From a bacterium (GTDB lineage Bacteria; SAR324; NAC60-12): a DNA stretch of 64,000 nt. Made by a program: the position numbers and the translations under genes. The stretch spans positions 3,264,001 through 3,328,000 of the forward strand of contig OZ242383.1 of the NCBI GenBank assembly GCA_965209155.1, given 5' to 3'. Shown one piece after another: positions 60,938 to 64,000 of this stretch; within the stretch, counting starts at the first letter, position 1, and each line of letters opens with the position of its first letter. The notes under the pieces are model-generated. The model was not told where the DNA came from. It did no database searches and was given only the letters and a program-made list of their open reading frames with translations.

Positions 60938-61671
60938 GTGAAAAAATAAAAAAACAATGTCAGAGCCTCCATCTCAGTGGCCTTTGCCAGCATTTTGAAG
61001 CGATTTTTAAAACTGCCTCGCAAAAAAACTGGACTCATCATCAATTGCTCGAGAGCTTGTTTGATCTCGAACTGGACCATCGTCTCCATAAGCGCATTCA
61101 ATTGCGCTTGAAGCAAGCCAAACTGCCCGCCACTCCCACCATCGAGAGCTTTGATTTTGCCCACCACCCCTCTCGAAAAAAGAACAAAGGCAGAATTTTA
61201 CAATTGATGCAATTGGACTTTATCAAGAATAGCGAGGATGTTATCCTGATTGGCAATCCAGGGGTGGGCAAGACCCACTTGGCTTTATGCCTGGCATACG
61301 AGGCCACTCAGAACGCCATGCGCACTTTATTTACCACAGCAACCGACATGATTAACCATTTGATTGCTGCCGAATCGGACCATTCCCTGGTCAAAAAACT
61401 CAGCCATTACACCGAACCGGACCTCCTCCTCTGCGATGAGATCGGTTATCTGCCACTGGATCAACAAGGAAGCAGCCTCTTTTTCCAGGTCATTAGTCGC
61501 AGGCATCAGAGAAAATCAACCTTTCTCACCACAAACCTGCCTTTTGCCCAATGGGGGAATCTCTTTGATTCGACCACTGTGGCCACTGCCATTGCAGATC
61601 GACTGGTAATGAATTCGGAGGTTATCATTTTAGAAGGAGAAAGCTATCGTAGAAATAAAAGAAAAAAATGA
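60934..61671 (+). CDS. istB: IS21 helper ATPase IstB
   Basis: GNPGVGKTHLA, LLCDEIGY, TTN, AIADRL, GESYR. Confidence 0.93.
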   Translation: MSEKIKKQCQSLHLSGLCQHFEAIFKTASQKNWTHHQLLESLFDLELDHRLHKRIQLRLKQAKLPATPTIESFDFAHHPSRKKNKGRILQLMQLDFIKNSEDVILIGNPGVGKTHLALCLAYEATQNAMRTLFTTATDMINHLIAAESDHSLVKKLSHYTEPDLLLCDEIGYLPLDQQGSSLFFQVISRRHQRKSTFLTTNLPFAQWGNLFDSTTVATAIADRLVMNSEVIILEGESYRRNKRKK

Positions 61672-61869
61672 AAAAGGCATATAGCCCCTTCCATCCGCTG
61701 TTTTAAAGGTATGAGGCCACATCACATCACTGCACCTTGTCGCTCAATACTCAACCTACTCCTCTGCCCACTTAACTACGTGGTAAACTTCCAAATTGCC
61801 GTTTTTGGTATACTTTACTACTGCCATCAACAAAAAACTCCGGTTCAACGATATGTTCTGTTTTTTGAT

Positions 61870-62301
61870 TTAATCCGATGGTTCGTCAATAGATTGTAAC
61901 ATTTTGTATAGTTCTTCTGGGCTATAAATGGATATCGATGCTTTTTTGAAATCTTTTGGATTGCGAGTCACAATTCCATGAACACCTGAATATTTGGCGG
62001 ATTCGTGAAGGACTGCATCCTCAAAATCATTAAATGCTAACTGGGAAGCTTCTTTTAAGACGATATGATTAACCGGTGAAATCTCAAAAAGAGATAACAA
62101 TTTTTTCACCTCTTCTCTGGCTTTTTCTTTTCCTGATACCTTTGCGGCAAGATAAAAAATTGTGGTGATCGTTGTTGCGCCCAGGAAACCTTTTATGGTA
62201 TGAGCTTCGACCAATGAGAAAAGTTGAGACGCTGCTTCTGAAAAAGGTTCTCGATCTAATAAAACATCAAAAACGATATTGGTATCAAAGAGGATTTTCA
62301 C
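61870..62301 (-). CDS. PIN-domain toxin
   Basis: ILFDTNIVFDVLLDREPF...DFEDAV...IVTRNPKDF. Confidence 0.85.
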   Translation of the reverse strand: MKILFDTNIVFDVLLDREPFSEAASQLFSLVEAHTIKGFLGATTITTIFYLAAKVSGKEKAREEVKKLLSLFEISPVNHIVLKEASQLAFNDFEDAVLHESAKYSGVHGIVTRNPKDFKKASISIYSPEELYKMLQSIDEPSD

Positions 62302-62543
62302 AGGTATTTATCCTCCAGATATTTCTTATAATCTAATTCATCCACTTCAGCTCCTCGAAGTACTCCTTTAAGAGAGCTGACGATCGGATTCAGTTCCTCC
62401 GGTTGTCCATGGGACTTCTCTTTTAATAATAAAAAATAATCAGCCACCATCTTTGAAACCGATTTCCCCTGCTTGGCAGCATATTCCTTAGCTTGATCGA
62501 CTAAATCTTTTTCTAATCTGAGGGTTAGTTTTGTCTGCATCAT
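62298..62543 (-). CDS. DUF6364-type RHH antitoxin
   Basis: TKLTLRLEKDLVDQAKEYAAKQGKSVSKMVADYF...YLEDKY; SD GAGGAGG; palindrome gacgtataat..attacacgtc upstream. Confidence 0.78.
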   Translation of the reverse strand: MMQTKLTLRLEKDLVDQAKEYAAKQGKSVSKMVADYFLLLKEKSHGQPEELNPIVSSLKGVLRGAEVDELDYKKYLEDKYL

Positions 62544-62654
62544 GACCTCCTCAATGAGTGACGTGTAATATTTTTAATATTATACGTCTAACTCAAGAGA
62601 GTCAATAAAATTGTTGAAGAGAAAGGCCGAGGTGGTGGAATTTTTAAACAGAAT

Positions 62655-63749
62655 GTAACTATTTAGGTTTCTTTAGATCCCCCATCGATTTAAGCACAGG
62701 TTTTGCATGGCATAGAGTCCAGAAAGGACGTTATGCTATCAACAGTTCAAAAATATATTGATTCCCTTTCATCGATTCCCCACCTTGAGGCTCTTCAAGA
62801 AGCCTGTCAACTCTTTGAAAAAGAACGAGAGCAGTGGAAGCAAGAGCGATTAGCACTCCTCAAACGTATTGAAGCGCTCGAAGCAGTAAATAAGCAACTT
62901 CGGGATCAGCTGGCTCTCAACAGCCAAAACTCAAGTAAGCCTCCTTTATCCTGCCTCGGTTTGAAAAGACAGCCATTCATGATCACTGGGAGAGCTACCA
63001 ACATTATGAGTGTGATCATGGCTTTTGCAATGCGCATCATTTACGTGAACTTACTCGGGCCTATGAACAAGAAAAGGCCTTCTGGGCTCAGGAGATGAGC
63101 GACTTACTGGTAGAGATCAAAGATCAAGCTGAAGGATCACAGGCTTTTTGTACCATCCGAGGAGCTATTTCCACTACCAGAAAACAGGGAAAATCCATCT
63201 TCGAGATGCTCACACAGGCTTTGTCTCTCCCGGATCCAGTCCGGGACAAGCTTTTACCTGCGCCTCCTTGTTATTGAAACTCCCCTTTTTATAAACGTTT
63301 CGCCCCTTGCGGGCCAAACGTATTCCTGGCAAACATAGCATCGTCAATGCGATTTTGTAGGTCGTGAAAACGAGTTGTCAGTGGAGTATGCTCATCCATG
63401 ATTTACCTCCCTGGCAAAGCGTTTACGATCATTATCGCCATTGGAAAAAACACTGGATTGTGGAGTGAACCTTCGCTTTTTGGCTCATGATCATAAAGAA
63501 GCGGATCTCCCTGATTGATAGATTTTTAATTTTTTTACGAATCCTGCATTTTTTTTAATTTGAGGGGTTGACATTATGCAAGTAGTAGTAGTGCTATAAT
63601 CATACCATCACTAAGTTGTTTTAGTGAAAGAAGAGGGTTTCCGATCGATGGAACAATATCGTGGGAGGACTTGAAAACGATCAGTCCTCTCCGGAAATTT
63701 TTTTCAACGTTATTTGACTAAACGGGTTTTCAGAGACCTGAATAGTTAC
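62655..63749 (+). mobile_element. Internally deleted IS66 copy (non-autonomous), no target duplication
   Basis: Same ends as 50816-52887; tnp is broken by deletions; flanks aacagaat and accctcaa differ. Confidence 0.85.
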
Positions 63750-63772
63750 ACCCTCAAATAAACGAGGATATT

Positions 63773-64000
63773 ATGAGTACTATAAAAAAACTTGTCGCCT
63801 CCTTCGTGGGGCTGAACCCGGCAGGCTTTTTGTCTGCTGCAAAAACGCAATCTTTGTTGCTCACCCTCACCCTGATGGTGGCCGCCTTCTGGGTCGGTTC
63901 GGCAGCCGCTGCGGAGAAGAAGTATGTGACGGATCCCACCACTGGAAAAGTAGTGACTGCACCTGAGTATGGCGGGACACTGACCGTGGCCTTAGGAAAC
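63773..64000 (+). CDS. Family-5 ABC substrate-binding protein, paralog 7 (runs off the window)
   Basis: MSTIKKLVASFVGLNPAG...AAEKKYVTDPTTGKVVTAPEYGGTL. Confidence 0.85.
   Translation, partial: MSTIKKLVASFVGLNPAGFLSAAKTQSLLLTLTLMVAAFWVGSAAAAEKKYVTDPTTGKVVTAPEYGGTLTVALGN

Larger units (their letters stand above)
58122..61832 (+). mobile_element. IS21-family element with two passenger ORFs and 5-bp AAAAA target duplication
   Basis: TGTT...AACA imperfect inverted ends, istA and istB; flanks AAAAA at 58117-58121 and 61833-61837. Confidence 0.85.
58064..61862 (-). other. attC site split by the IS21 (halves 58064-58121 and 61833-61862)
   Basis: Rejoined minus strand: ACAGAAC-atatcgttgaaccggagtttttacccg...cggtaaaaccccggttaactcgtc-GTTAGC. 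Confidence 0.72.

Noticed and set aside
1..64000. Integron integrase, prophage genes, rRNA or tRNA genes
   Set aside because: No tyrosine-recombinase, phage structural or stable-RNA signatures were recognised

Overview
Bacterial DNA. The gene content looks deltaproteobacterial or SAR324-like, but that is an unverified impression. Bases 1-15 kb are mostly housekeeping genes: TRAP permease, fused indolepyruvate:ferredoxin oxidoreductase, selU/mnmH, era, GDPD, anmK and gloB. Bases 15-64 kb are a heavily rearranged accessory region built around a repeated module: sigma70-type promoter, ECF-type sigma factor, conserved intergenic/leader, family-5 ABC substrate-binding protein (SBP), OppB-like permease, OppC-like permease. 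The window holds 7 SBP paralogs, 5 sigma copies (2 intact) and no ABC ATPase. The sigma and leader DNA is near-identical between copies, while the SBPs are divergent and visibly mosaic. Between modules lie integron-type gene cassettes with attC sites (TA pairs and an Rpn nuclease; no integrase in the window), further TA loci and Rpn-family nucleases, and many mobile elements. These include an IS200-ended four-helix-bundle mini-element (3 copies), RAYT-derived elements, and an IS110/IS1111 relic whose downstream RNA carries guide-like matches to its insertion site. There are also two IS66 copies with an outward promoter, an IS21 with passenger genes inserted in an attC, and a group II intron remnant. 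No rRNA, tRNA or CRISPR array was seen. All coordinates and alignments were read by eye, and some frameshifts could be sequencing errors.
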